Shown here in pieces: positions 20,788-31,837 of a stretch of DNA of 64,000 nucleotides. Origin of the DNA: an uncultured bacterium (GTDB lineage Bacteria; Actinomycetota; Actinomycetes; S36-B12); NCBI GenBank assembly GCA_963736365.1, contig CAVTOM010000008.1, positions 23,612-87,611 on the forward strand, given 5' to 3'. Every line of letters begins with the position of its first letter. The first letter of the stretch is position 1. Position numbers and translations under genes: made by a program. The notes under the pieces were generated by a model that saw only the letters and a program-made list of their open reading frames with translations, was not told the DNA's origin and searched no databases.

Positions 20788-21509
20788 GCACCTCGACCCT
20801 GACGCACACCCATGAGCGCCGGACGGCCGACGAGCTGCGCGTACTCGCCCGCGTCGCGAGCGTCGACCTCGACGGCGCCAAGGCCCAGGACATCGTCCGC
20901 TGGGCCGCGGAGGCCTTCGGCAGCCGTGTCCTCGTCAGCCAGTCGATGGCGAACACCGCGGTGGCGCACCTCGTGCACAGCGTCGCGCCGGAGATCCCGG
21001 CCGTCTTCCTCGACACCGGCTACCACTTCGAGGAGACGCTGAGCACGCGCGACGAGCTGGAGCGCAGGATCGGGATGCCGATCCTCAGCATCACGCCCCT
21101 GCAGTCGGTGGCGGAGCAGGACGAGCAGTACGGACCCGAGCTGTGGCGCCGTGATCCTGACCTGTGCTGCCGCCTGCGCAAGGTGGAGCCCATGGAGGAG
21201 ATGCTGCTGGGCTACGACGCGTGGATCACCGGGCTGCGCACGTCGGCGGCGCCGCACCGCTCCGGGACGCCGATCGTCACCTTCGACGAGCGCCGCGGTG
21301 TCCTGAAGATCGCGCCGATCCTGCGCTGGACCGACAACGACCTGCTGGCGTACACCCTCGAGAACGACGTCGTCGTCAACCCCCTGATCTACCAGGGCTT
21401 CCCCTCGATCGGCTGCGCCACGTGCACCCACCCGGTGCAGGAGGGTGACGATCCGCGGGCCGGGCGCTGGCGCGGCACGGCCAAGAACGAGTGCGGGCTG
21501 CACGCATGA
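20784..21509 (+). CDS. cysH: APS/PAPS reductase (4Fe-4S APS type)
   Basis: FLDTGYHF, CC.LRK, SIGCATC, RAGRW, ECGLH. Confidence 0.93.
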   Translation: MSTSTLTHTHERRTADELRVLARVASVDLDGAKAQDIVRWAAEAFGSRVLVSQSMANTAVAHLVHSVAPEIPAVFLDTGYHFEETLSTRDELERRIGMPILSITPLQSVAEQDEQYGPELWRRDPDLCCRLRKVEPMEEMLLGYDAWITGLRTSAAPHRSGTPIVTFDERRGVLKIAPILRWTDNDLLAYTLENDVVVNPLIYQGFPSIGCATCTHPVQEGDDPRAGRWRGTAKNECGLHA

Positions 21510-22710
21510 CATACCCCCTCCACCTCGAGCTCGCGGGCAGGAAGGTCCTCGTCGTGGGGGCCGGGACGGTCGCCGAGCGGCGGATCGCCGCCCTCGTCGA
21601 CGCCGCCGCCGACGTCGTCGTGGTCGCCCCGTCGGCGACCGCTCGCATCCGCACGCTCGCCGACGCCGGGGTGCTGGCGTGGCGCGCGCGGGCCTTCGAC
21701 TACAGCGACGTCGCCGGTGCCTGGCTCGTCCACGCCGCCACCGACTCCCCCGCGGTGAACCGCGCCGTCGCCGACGAGGCCCGGCGTCGCGGCGTGTGGG
21801 CGGTACGAGCCGACGAGCCCGGCGACGCCCGCACCCCCGCCGTCGCGACCGTCGGCGCCGTGACCGTCTCGGTCACCAGCGGAGACCCGCGTCGCACGCA
21901 GGCGGTGCGCGACGCCATCGGCCTGGGGCTGCAGGACGGGTCGCTGGCCCGCCGGCCCGGTCGCGCGTCCTCCGCCGGCAGCGTCGTCCTCATCGGCGGC
22001 GGCCCCGGCGATCCCGACCTCATCACCGTGCGCGGCCGACGCGAGCTGCTCGCGCGCCGACGTCATCGTCTACGACCGACTCGCGCCCCTGCCCCTGCTC
22101 GAGCTCGTCGATCCCGACGTGGAGCTGGTCGATGCGAGCAAGTCCCCCGGTCAGCACGTGCTGACGCAGGAGGAGATCAACGCCGTCATCGTCGACCGCG
22201 CGAGCCGCGGCCTGCGCGTGGCCCGGCTGAAGGGCGGCGACCCCTTCGTGCTCGGGCGCGGCTCGGAGGAGGTGCTCGCGTGCCTCGAGGCGGGCATCCC
22301 CGTGGAGGTGGTGCCGGGCATCACCAGCGCCATCGCGGCCCCGGCGGCCGCGGGCATCCCGGTCACGCATCGGGGCGTGAGCACCGGCTTCGTCGTCATC
22401 AGCGGCCATGTCATCCACGACCTGTCCGCCGTGGCCGCCACCGGCCTGACGACCGTCATCCTGATGGGCATGGCCAGCCTGGCGCGGGCGGTCGAGGAGT
22501 TCCGCGCCGCTGGCCGGCCCGGGCAGCACGGCGGTGGCCGTCATCCACCGCGCGTACCAGCCCGGTCAGCGCGTGGTCACCGGCACGCTCGCCGACATCG
22601 TCGACCAGGTCGCCAGCGCCGGGGTGGACAACCCCTCCGTCGTGGTCATCGGCGACGTCGTCGACGTCGTCCCACAGCTGGCCGCCGTCGATGCACGGGC
22701 CGCCTCATGA
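21506..22710 (+). CDS. cysG: Siroheme synthase / uroporphyrinogen-III C-methyltransferase; frameshifts near 22052 and 22521
   Basis: YPLHLEL.G.KVLVVGAG.VA, GGGPGDPDLIT, RLKGGDPFVLGRG.EE, VPGITS. Confidence 0.9.
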
Positions 22711-23394
22711 CGGACGTCATCCTGCTCACGCACGGCAGCCCCGACGTACGCGCGCGGACAGCGGCCCAGATGTTCGCGCGGGCCGTCGAGGCGCGCGAGC
22801 CCGCCCTGCGGGTGCACGTCGCGGCGCTCGACCACGGACTCAGCCTCACCGATGTCTGCCTGTCGCTGTCCGCCTCCGGAACCCTGCGCGCGACGGTGGT
22901 CCCCGCCTTCGTGAGCTCGGCCCACCACGTCCGGGTGGACGTCCCGGCCGCGGTCGCCCTGGCTGGGAACCTCTCCTCCGTGGTCCTGCGCACCACCGCG
23001 ACGCTGGGCGTCAGCCCGGCGCTGCTCGGGGCACTCGACAGGCTCCTGCCCGGACGGTCCGGTCGTTGCGGCGGTCGCGGGCACGTCGGACCGCCAGGCG
23101 CAGGCCGAGCTGGACACCCTCGCCCTGCGCTGGGCCGAGCGACGCGGGGCGCCCGTCGTCGTCGGCCATGCGTCCCAGGGCGAGCCGTGGATCGGCGATG
23201 CGATCACCGAACTCGAGGCCGCCACCGGCCGCCGGGCCGCCATCGCCGCCCTCGTCCTGTTCCCCGGTCACCTGCCCGACCGCATCACCGCGGCGGCCGC
23301 CGGCCGCGTCGTCACCCCCGCGCTGTCGGCCCTGCCCGAGACGGTCGACCTCGTCCTCGATCGGCTGCGCGACGCGCCGGGGCGGGCCGCGTGA
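22707..23394 (+). CDS. sirB: Sirohydrochlorin chelatase (SirB/CbiX family); frameshift near 23055
   Basis: LLTHGSPD, VVPAF....HVRVDVP, LFPGHLPDRI. Confidence 0.8.
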
Positions 23395-24605
23395 TGCAGG
23401 TCGTCGGGATCGACCACCACACGACCGACGCGACGACGGTCGCCCGCCTGGGCCGCGCCGCTCAGGCGATCAGGGATGCCCTCGCCGCCGAGCCGTCGGT
23501 CTCCGGCAGCGTGGTGCTGGCGACGTGCGCCCGCGTGGAGGCGTATGTCGACACCGCTCGGGCGCACGAGCCCCAGCGGGCCTTCGTCGCAGCACTCGCG
23601 GCCGCGACCGGGATCGAGGCCGACGACATCGCCGGGCGCGTCCGCGTCCGTCGCGGCATCGATGCCCTCGAGCATGCGTTCCGGGTCACGGCGGGACTGG
23701 AGTCGACGGTTGTCGGCGAGCCGCAGATCACCGGCCAGGTGCGCGCGGCGCTGGGTGCGGCGCGCGCCGACGGAACCGTGACCCGCGCGCTCGGCATGGC
23801 GCTGGAGAACGCGCTCCGCGTCTCGCGCATGGCGCGCGGGGTCCTGGGCCCGCCCGGCACCTCGATCGCCGACGCGGCCCTCGACCTCGTGCCGGCCGAC
23901 CGCCGACTGGGCACCGGGCTGGTCATCGGCTCCGGTGCGTTCGCCGAGGAGTGCGTCCGGGCACTGCGCGGGCGAGGGGCGCACACCGTGTGGAGCCACT
24001 CGCCGAGCGGGCGCACGGCCGCGAGTTCCGATGCCGACGTCACCGCCGGGGAGCTGTCCGAGGCCATCGCCCTCAGCGACGTCGTCATCGCCGCGAGCGG
24101 CGCGGGCCGGATCGTCATCCACCGGGCGACGGTGGAGGAGGCCGCCGAGCGCACGTCGCGACCGCTCGTGATCCTCGACCTCGCCGGGGATTCCGACGTG
24201 GACCCCGACGTCGACGCCCTGCCCGAAGCCCTCGTGGTCCGGCTGGACGACGTGCGCCGATCGTCCGTGCGGGCTGACGTCGCGGGGACGGTCGTGCGAC
24301 GCGAGGCGCTCGACCTGTTCCCGCGGCTGGCCAGCAGCGACCTCGACGACCTTGTCGTGGCGATCCGACGCCGGGTCGAGGAGGCAGTCTCCGACGAGCT
24401 CGATCGCGCCACCGATCCCGCCGCGCGCGCGGCCGTGCGCCGCATGACTCAGGCGCTCCTGCACGAGCCCACCGAGCGGGCGCGCGAGGCGGCGCGCGCC
24501 GGCCGGCTCGACCAGTTCCGGGCCGCCCTGGAGACCGTCCTCGGTCCGCTCTCGCTCGACGCGGCCCGCAGCGACGAGGCCCATAGCGACGAGAGCGCCG
24601 CGTGA
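23394..24605 (+). CDS. hemA: Glutamyl-tRNA reductase
   Basis: VGIDH, ATCARVEAY, GLES.VVGEPQI.GQV, LLHEPT. Confidence 0.9.
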   Translation: MQVVGIDHHTTDATTVARLGRAAQAIRDALAAEPSVSGSVVLATCARVEAYVDTARAHEPQRAFVAALAAATGIEADDIAGRVRVRRGIDALEHAFRVTAGLESTVVGEPQITGQVRAALGAARADGTVTRALGMALENALRVSRMARGVLGPPGTSIADAALDLVPADRRLGTGLVIGSGAFAEECVRALRGRGAHTVWSHSPSGRTAASSDADVTAGELSEAIALSDVVIAASGAGRIVIHRATVEEAAERTSRPLVILDLAGDSDVDPDVDALPEALVVRLDDVRRSSVRADVAGTVVRREALDLFPRLASSDLDDLVVAIRRRVEEAVSDELDRATDPAARAAVRRMTQALLHEPTERAREAARAGRLDQFRAALETVLGPLSLDAARSDEAHSDESAA

Positions 24606-25507
24606 CCCGGGTCCTGCGCATCGGCACGCGGTCCAGCGCGCTGGCGCTCGCCCAGTCGACCCTGACCGTCGAGCTGCTCGCGCGGCACGGCGTGGCCGCG
24701 CGACTCGTGCCGCTGTCCAGCCCCGGCGATGCCGACTCCCGACCCCTGCCCGGACGCGGGACCGAGGGGATCTTCGTGTCGTCGGTCCGCGATGCCCTGC
24801 TCGACGGACACGTCGACGTCGCCCTGCACTCGTTCAAGGACGTGCCGACGGCCGCCGTGCCCGGCATCGTGGTGGGCGCAGTGCCGCTCCGCGCCGATCC
24901 GCGCGACACCGTGGTGTCGTCCCACGGCCCGCTGGCCGCACTGCCCTCGGGGGCCCGCGTCGGCACGTGCTCGGTCCGCCGGGCCGCGTGGGTGCACCGC
25001 GTGCGGCCCGACCTCGTGGTGGCGCCCATCCGCGGCGCCATCGACGCCCGCATCGACCGCGTGCGGGCTGGCGAGTTCGACGCGATCATCCTGGCTGCGG
25101 CCGGCCTCGATCGGCTCGGCCGGGCGGCGGACATCGCCGAGGTGATCCCGAGCACCTCCCTCGTGCCCGCTCCCGCGCAGGGCGCGCTGGCGCTCGAGTG
25201 CCGTGCCGGCGACGCCAGCGCGCGGCTGCTGCTGCAGCGCATCGACCACGCGCCGACGCACCTGTCCGCGGTGGCGGAGCGTGCGGTCCTCGATGCCATC
25301 GACCCCACGGATCGCACCGCCGTCGGCGCCCTGGCCTCCATCCGCTCAGGGACCCTCGTCATCGTCGCCGACCTGAGCGAGCCGGATGGCTCGGCCCGGA
25401 TCGTCGCCCGGGACAGCGCGCGCGTCGACACCGCCGACGAGGCACGCGCGACCGGCCGCCGGCTCGCGGAGTCGCTCGCGACGAGTCCCCTGGCGCGCGC
25501 GTCGTGA
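24602..25507 (+). CDS. hemC: Hydroxymethylbilane synthase (divergent)
   Basis: IGTRSSALALAQ, HSFKDVP, S.RR, AAAGLDRLG, PAPAQGAL. Confidence 0.9.
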   Translation: MTRVLRIGTRSSALALAQSTLTVELLARHGVAARLVPLSSPGDADSRPLPGRGTEGIFVSSVRDALLDGHVDVALHSFKDVPTAAVPGIVVGAVPLRADPRDTVVSSHGPLAALPSGARVGTCSVRRAAWVHRVRPDLVVAPIRGAIDARIDRVRAGEFDAIILAAAGLDRLGRAADIAEVIPSTSLVPAPAQGALALECRAGDASARLLLQRIDHAPTHLSAVAERAVLDAIDPTDRTAVGALASIRSGTLVIVADLSEPDGSARIVARDSARVDTADEARATGRRLAESLATSPLARAS

Positions 25508-26275
25508 CCGCCCGCGTCCTGGTGGTTCGTCCGCGCTCCGCGTCCGACGCCGACCTGGTCGCCCTGGCCGGGCGCGGGTTCGCCGTCACCCATGACCCCT
25601 ACCTCGTCGTCGCAACCCGCACGGACGACGAGGCGGCCGCGCGCGCACACAGGCTGCTCGACGGGCTCGGCCCCGGGGCATGGCTGATCCTCGCCTCCGC
25701 CGCCGGAGCGCGAGCGCTGAGTGACCTGCTCGGCGCCGACGTCGTGCGGGCGTCATTCAGCGGCCGCGGCGCAGTCCGGCGCCCGGTTCGCGGCAGTGGG
25801 CCCGGCGTCCGCGGAAGCGCTGCAGGCGCTCGGCGCCGGCGGCGTGGTCGTGCCGTCTGCTCCGCACACCGCGTCGGGGCTGCTGGCCCGGCTCGCCGAC
25901 GAGTCCCCCGCCCGCGCACTCCTGCCGCGCAGCGGCATCGCCGACTCCGTCATCCCGGCGACCCTGGGCGCCCGCGGCTGGCAGGTCCACGCCGAGACCC
26001 TCTACGAGACCACTCCCGTGGTCGAGCGGCCCTCGACGGCTGACGCACTCGCCGAGGGCGGCTTCGACGTCGTCATCCTGCGCTCCCCCTCGGCCGCCCG
26101 CGCGCTGCGCGTCTTCGTGCCGGACCTGCCCGCGTCCGTTCGGGTCGTGGCAGGCGGCCCGACCACGGCCCTGGCCGCCGCCCGCCTCGGTCTCACCGTG
26201 GGCGGCATCGCCCTCGACTCGACGCCGGCCGCCATCGCCGACTCGGTCGCGGCCGTCCTGAGGAGGGCCGCGTGA
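25504..26275 (+). CDS. hemD: Uroporphyrinogen-III synthase; frameshift near 25755
   Basis: [37 protein letters not shown]; between hemC and hemB. Confidence 0.82.
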
Positions 26276-27250
26276 CCGACCGCATCGTCGAGCGGCCCAG
26301 ACGCCTGCGGCGCACCCCCGCGCTCCGGCGACTGGTGCAGGAGACCCGCCTGTCGGCGGCCGACCTCGTCCTGCCCGTCTTCGTGCGCGAGGGTGCCAGC
26401 GAGCCGATCCCGATCGCGACGATGCCCGGCGTCGTGCAGCACAGCCGCGACTCCCTCAAGCAGGCGGTGGCCCAGGCCGCGGCCGCGGGCGTGGGCGGCG
26501 TGATGGTCTTCGGCGTGCCCGACGTGCGGGACGCTCATGGTGACGCGGCGGTGGCCGACGACAGCATCCTGGCCACGTCCATCCGCTGGGTGAAGGAGGA
26601 GACCGGCGGCGACCTTCCCGTCATCGCCGACCTGTGCCTGGACGAGTTCACGTCGCACGGACACTGCGGGGTGCTCGACGCGACGGGCGCGGTCGACAAC
26701 GATGCCACCCTCGCGGTCTACCGGCGCATGGGCGTCGTCCTGGCGTCGGCCGGCGCCGACATCCTCGGGCTCAGCGGCATGATGGACGGCCAGGTCGGCG
26801 CGGTGCGCGCGGCACTGGACGAGTCGGGCCTGGTCGACACCGCGCTGCTGGCCTACGCGGCCAAGTACGCGTCCGCGATGTACGGGCCCGTTCCGCGACG
26901 CCGTGGAGAGCCAGCTCGAGGGTGACCGGCGCTCGTACCAGCAGGACCCGGCCAACGCGGTCGAGGCGCTGCGCGAGGTGCGGCTCGACGTGGCCGAGGG
27001 CGCTGACATCGTCATGGTGAAGCCGGCCCTGCCATACCTCGACATCCTGTCGCGCGTCAGCGCCGCGGTGGACGTCCCGGTCGCGGCCTACGTCGTGTCC
27101 GGCGAGTACTCGATGATCGAGGCGGCCGCGGCCGCCGGGATGATCGACCGCGAACGTGCGATCACCGAGGTCCTCACCAGCGTGACGCGTGCAGGGGCGG
27201 GGATAATCGCCACGTACTGGGCGACCGAGGCCGCCCGCCGACTCGCCTAG
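26272..27250 (+). CDS. hemB: Porphobilinogen synthase; frameshift near 26888
   Basis: [49 protein letters not shown]. Confidence 0.95.
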
Positions 27251-27262
27251 CGACGGAGACCG

Positions 27263-28576
27263 ATGGCATCCACGTCCGACGACTGGTTCGCCCGCGCCCA
27301 GCGGGTCATCCCGGGCGGCGTCAGCTCCCCGGTGCGCGCGTTCCGGTCGGTCGGTGGCATCCCCCGCTACGTCGCCCACGCCCGCGGGTCGCGCATCACC
27401 GACACCGACGGCCGCGAGTACGTCGACCTCGTCGGCGGATGGGGACCGATGATCCTCGGCCACGCGCACCCTGCCGTGGTCGCGGCCCTGCAGGACGTCG
27501 TCGCAGGATCGCCCTCCTTCGGTGCCCCGTGCCCGACCGAGGTCGAGCTGGCCGAGGAGATCGTCACGCGCGTCGGCGCCGTCGAGCGCGTGCGCTTCAC
27601 CAACTCCGGCACCGAGGCCGTGATGACCGCCATCCGCATCGCCCGCGCACATACCGGCCGGACGCTCGTGGTGAAGTTCGCCGGCTGCTACCACGGCCAC
27701 GCCGACGCCCTCCTCGTCTCGGCGGGCTCCGGCGTCGCGACGCTCGGCCTGCCCGACTCCCCCGGCGTGACGCCCGGCACCGCGCAGGACACGATCGTGC
27801 TGCCGTACGGCGATGCATCCGCGCTGGACGGGCTGTTCCAGCAGCGCGGCGAGGAGATCGCCTGCGTCATCACCGAGGCGGCCCCGGCGAACATGGGCGT
27901 CGTGCCGCCCCCGGCCGGCTTCAACGACCGCATCGCCCGCCTCACGAGCGCCTTCGGATCGGTGTTCGTCCTCGACGAAGTGATGACAGGCTTCCGGGTC
28001 GCGAGCGACGGCTGGTGGGGCCGGGAGGCCCGCGAGGGCACGTGGCGTCCCGACCTGTTCACGTACGGCAAGGTCATCGGCGGCGGCCTGCCGCTGGCGG
28101 CGGTCGCCGGGGACGCGGACCTGATGGACCTGCTCGCCCCCGTCGGGCCGGTGTACCAGGCCGGCACCCTCAGCGGGAACCCCACCGCGACGACGGCCGG
28201 CCTCGTCACGCTCCAGCACTGCACCCCCGAGGTCTATGCGCACCTCGATGCGACGGCGGCCTCGGTCGTCCGGATCGTGAGCGACGCCCTGACACGGCAC
28301 GGCGTCGAGCACCGCGCACAGACCGCGGGCAGCCTGTTCAGCTTCTTCCTCACCGATCGGGACGTGCGCGACTACGACGACGCGCGCACCCAGGACACAG
28401 CCCGGTTCGCCACGTTCTTCCACACCATGCTCGACAACGGGGTCTGGCTCCCGCCGTCCGCCTTCGAGTCCTGGTTCGTGTCCGCGGCGCACACCGACGA
28501 CGACCTTGCGGTCATCGAGCGGGCCGCAGAAGTCGCTGCCGCCGCCACGTCTCAGCTCGCCCGCGGAGCCCGATAG
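27263..28576 (+). CDS. hemL: Glutamate-1-semialdehyde 2,1-aminomutase
   Basis: [50 protein letters not shown]. Confidence 0.96.
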   Translation: MASTSDDWFARAQRVIPGGVSSPVRAFRSVGGIPRYVAHARGSRITDTDGREYVDLVGGWGPMILGHAHPAVVAALQDVVAGSPSFGAPCPTEVELAEEIVTRVGAVERVRFTNSGTEAVMTAIRIARAHTGRTLVVKFAGCYHGHADALLVSAGSGVATLGLPDSPGVTPGTAQDTIVLPYGDASALDGLFQQRGEEIACVITEAAPANMGVVPPPAGFNDRIARLTSAFGSVFVLDEVMTGFRVASDGWWGREAREGTWRPDLFTYGKVIGGGLPLAAVAGDADLMDLLAPVGPVYQAGTLSGNPTATTAGLVTLQHCTPEVYAHLDATAASVVRIVSDALTRHGVEHRAQTAGSLFSFFLTDRDVRDYDDARTQDTARFATFFHTMLDNGVWLPPSAFESWFVSAAHTDDDLAVIERAAEVAAAATSQLARGAR

Positions 28577-28611
28577 TCCTTGGGGATCAACGCTTTCTCC
28601 ATGAGGAGCGC

Positions 28612-28632
28612 TGTCAGACCCACCGGTAGCGT
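28612..28632 (+). promoter_or_regulatory. PafBC/RecA-NDp-like promoter (TGTCAG-N9-TAGCGT)
   Basis: Spacer one base shorter than consensus, inside a C run; 6 nt before ATG 28639; mirrors the 47430 site. Confidence 0.6.
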
Positions 28633-28638
28633 GGTCGC

Positions 28639-29992
28639 ATGCCAGTCACCAGGGAGCCACTCGAGTTCACGGAACTCAGCGAGGACGAGTGGAGCGCCCT
28701 GCTCGACTGCCCGCCGCCGGTGCTGGAGGCCGAGCCCGAGGAGCTGAGCCCGAGCCGGGTGGTCGACTACCTCGTCGCGCTGCAGCGGGAGCAGTCACGC
28801 CTGGCCGCCCTGGAGTCGCGGGCCCTCGTCGCCGTCGCCGGTCGAGCAGAGCGCACGCGGTCGATCGACGTCACGGACGATGCCGGAATGGTGCGGCAGG
28901 TGTCGCTCGCGGACGAGGTCAGGGAGGAGATCGCGGCGGCGCTGCACCGATCACCGTGGACCGTCAGCCGGCAGATCGAGCAGGCACGGATGCTGGCCGG
29001 GCCACTCGTGGCGACGCGCGTCGCACTCGAGCGCGGCGACCTCACGGCGGCACACGTCCGCGTCATCGCGGCCACCGCCGCGGATGCGTCGGCCGACATC
29101 GTGCGGCGCCTGGGAGGCTCGGGTGCTCGCCCGCGCGACCACCATGACGCCGTCACAGGCCGGCACCCTCGCCCGTCGCGTGCTCGCGTGCGTCGACCGG
29201 GCCGGGGCCGAGCGCCGACGGGTGCGCAGCCGCAAGGAGATCGGCGTAGTCGTCTATCCGGAGATCGACGGCCTTGCGACGCTCCTGGCGCGGTTCCCCG
29301 TGGAGCAGGCAGCGCGCGTCCACGCGGCCCTCGACGCGCACGCCCGCGCCGCCACGGTCGACTGCGACGCCACGCTCGGCCAGCGACGCGTCCAGGGCCT
29401 GATCGACGCCGTCTGCGGCACCGGCGGCACGGGCAGCCCCGGTCACACCGATGACCCGAGCGGCACCGCCCCGAGGCGAGGGGTGACGGCCACCATCCAC
29501 GTCGTGGTCGACGCCGCCACCCTCCTGGGGCTCGACGATGCTCCGGGGTCGGTGGGCCTCCTGGACGGTTCCCGCGAGCCCATCACGGCGAGCGCGGTTC
29601 GAGACCTGCTGGCCGACCCGGACGTGCCGGCCACCCTGCGTCGGCTCGTCTTCGACCCGATCACCGCCGAGCTGCTCGATCGGGGACGTCGCTCGTACCA
29701 GGTGACGCCCACGATGCGCGCCTTCCTGGTGGCACGCGACGTCACCTGCCGCATGCCCGGGTGCACCCGCCGAGCGGACGCCTGCCAGATCGACCACGCC
29801 AGGCCGTGGGGCGACGGCGGATCCACCGATCGATCGAACCTTGGCCCACTGTGCGCACGCCACCACCAGCTGAAGACGCACGCCGGCTGGACCATGCTGA
29901 GGACCCAGCCCGACGGCTCGGTCCGATGGCGATCGCCGCAGGGCCGCGAGCATGTCTTCCAGCCCTATCGCGGCACGGACCCGCCCGGCTGA
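28639..29992 (+). CDS. DUF222 + HNH endonuclease (13E12-like); frameshift near 29110
   Basis: ARDVTCRMPGC, QIDHARPW.DGG.T..SNLGPLCARHHQLKTH, W.SP.G. Confidence 0.9.
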
Positions 29993-30000
29993 CGCTCCGA

Positions 30001-30050
30001 GTCGTTAGCGCACCCGTCGTTCAGCGCACCCGTCGTTCAGCGCACCCGTC
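30001..30050. repeat. Tandem repeat, 16-bp unit GTCGTTCAGCGCACCC x3
   Basis: 30001-30015 (one base deleted), 30016-30031, 30032-30047, then partial GTC. Confidence 0.9.
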
Positions 30051-30454
30051 AGATCGCCCGCGCCCGGTTGTTCCGCGGGTTGTGCTCGAGCTCGATGAGC
30101 CCGAGCTCCTCGAGCAGGGGTGGCAGGTACATCCCGAAGCGTCCGCGGTAGCCCTTGCGCAGGCCGTACCAGCCACCGATGGGATTGTCGGGCGAGCGCC
30201 CCCACGCCTCGATCGTGCCCGTCGGCCGGCTCCTTCTGCTCGTCGCTGGCCCCGAGCGGCACCCAGTCGCCGGCAGCGACGAGCATCGCGTGCAGGTCGT
30301 CGATCGCGCGCGCGTCGTAGAGCAGCTTCGTCGACCCGACCTGGCACACGATCACCGGCGGATCAGCATCGTCGTCGCGGTACATCGTGTAGGCCGACGA
30401 CCCCGGCGGTGTCGTGAGCTGCCACGGATCGTCCTTGGTCCCCGTCCCGGCCAT
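30049..30454 (-). CDS. Conserved hypothetical protein (DUF6855-like); frameshift near 30218
   Basis: GTKDDPWQLTTPPGSS, CQVGSTKL, then WGRS..NP.GGWYGLRKGYRGRFG.Y.PP, HNPRNNR. Confidence 0.75.
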
Positions 30455-30545
30455 GCGACCTCCTCATCGGTGCCCCGGCACACTCCACCACGCCGAGGCA
30501 CCGACGACAAGGGGTGCGGGCCGGCCACCCCCCTAGGCTTCCGGG

Positions 30546-31837
30546 ATGACGCACCGCATCCATCGCGCCTGGTGGGTTGCTGCGGTCACGTTCTGCGTCC
30601 TCATCGCGTCTGCCGCCTTCCGCTCGTCCTTCGGCGTGATGGTGGTCCCGTTCGAGGACGAGTTCGGCTGGAGCCGCGCGGCGACGAGCCTCGCGGTCTC
30701 GGTCAACCTCGTGTTCTACGGCGTGACGGCGCCGTTCGCCACCGCACTCATGGAGCGCTTCGGTGTCCGCCGCATCGTCGCCGGGGCCATGGCGCTCCTG
30801 GCGCTGGGCACGGGCCTGACCGTCTTCATGACGCAGTCGTGGCAGCTCACGGTGCTGTGGGGCGTGTTCGTCGGGCTCGCGACCGGCTCGACAGCCCTGG
30901 TGCTCGGCGCGCTGATCGCGAACCGCTGGTTCGCCCACCACCGCGGGCTCGTGCTCGGCATCCTGGGCACGGCGTTCGCGACCGGCCAGTTGCTGTTCCT
31001 GCCGCGTGATCTCCCGCACCATCGAGCTGAACGGGTGGCGCTCGGCCTCCCTCGCCATCGCCGGGCTGAGCCTGCTGACGATCCCCCTGGTCCTGCTCGT
31101 CATCCGGGACCGACCCTCGGACGTCGGGCTGCGGCCCTACGGCGCGACCGGGCGAGCCGACGCTCGAGGAGCTGAGCGTCAACACCACCGGCAGCGGCTG
31201 GACGGCGGCTCGCACGGCGCTGACCTCCCTGCGTCGAGCCGCCCGCACCCGCGCGTTCTGGCTGCTCGCCGGCACCTTCTTCGTCTGCGGCTGGACGACG
31301 AACGGCATCATCAGCACTCACTTCGTGCCCGCGATGCACGACCACGGCATGGGCCCGACGACGGCCGCCGGCCTCCTGGCGGTCGTCGGGATCTTCGACA
31401 TCGTCGGGCACCATCGGCTCGGGCTGGCTCACCGACCGGTTCAACCCCCGGCTGCTGCTGTTCGCTCTACTACGGCCTGCGCGGCGTGGCCCTCATCGCG
31501 CTGCCGATCATCATCGGGCCGTACGTCGAGCCGCCGCTGATCGTCGTCATGATCCTGTTCGGACTGGACTGGGTCGCCACGGTGCCGCCGACCGCCACCC
31601 TGTGCCGGCAGATCTACGGGGTCGAGGAAGGGCACCATCGTGTTCGGCTGGGTCTTCGCCTCGCACATGGTCGGCGCCGCCGTGGCCGCGAGCGTGTCGG
31701 GCGTCCTGCGCTCCGCGACCGGCGACTACCTGAGCGCGTGGCTGATCGCCGGCACCCTGGCCATCCTCGCTGGACTCGCGTGCCTGGCCATCCCTCGGCC
31801 CGTGCCCGCCCGACCCGAAGTGGTGGTCCCGGTATGA
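30546..31837 (+). CDS. MFS transporter; about five frameshifts (near 31005, 31152, 31408, 31463, 31630)
   Basis: EFGWSR, ERFGVRR, NRWF..HRGL, FFVCG, GWLTDRF, GLDWVATVPPT, FGWVFASH; TAGGCT 6 nt upstream. Confidence 0.88.

Noticed and set aside
21506-27250. Programmed frameshifting in cysG, sirB, hemD and hemB
   Set aside because: No slippery heptamers seen; same pattern as window-wide indel errors
30001-30052. Possible mini CRISPR array
   Set aside because: Units are contiguous with no spacers, only 16 bp, and no cas genes are present
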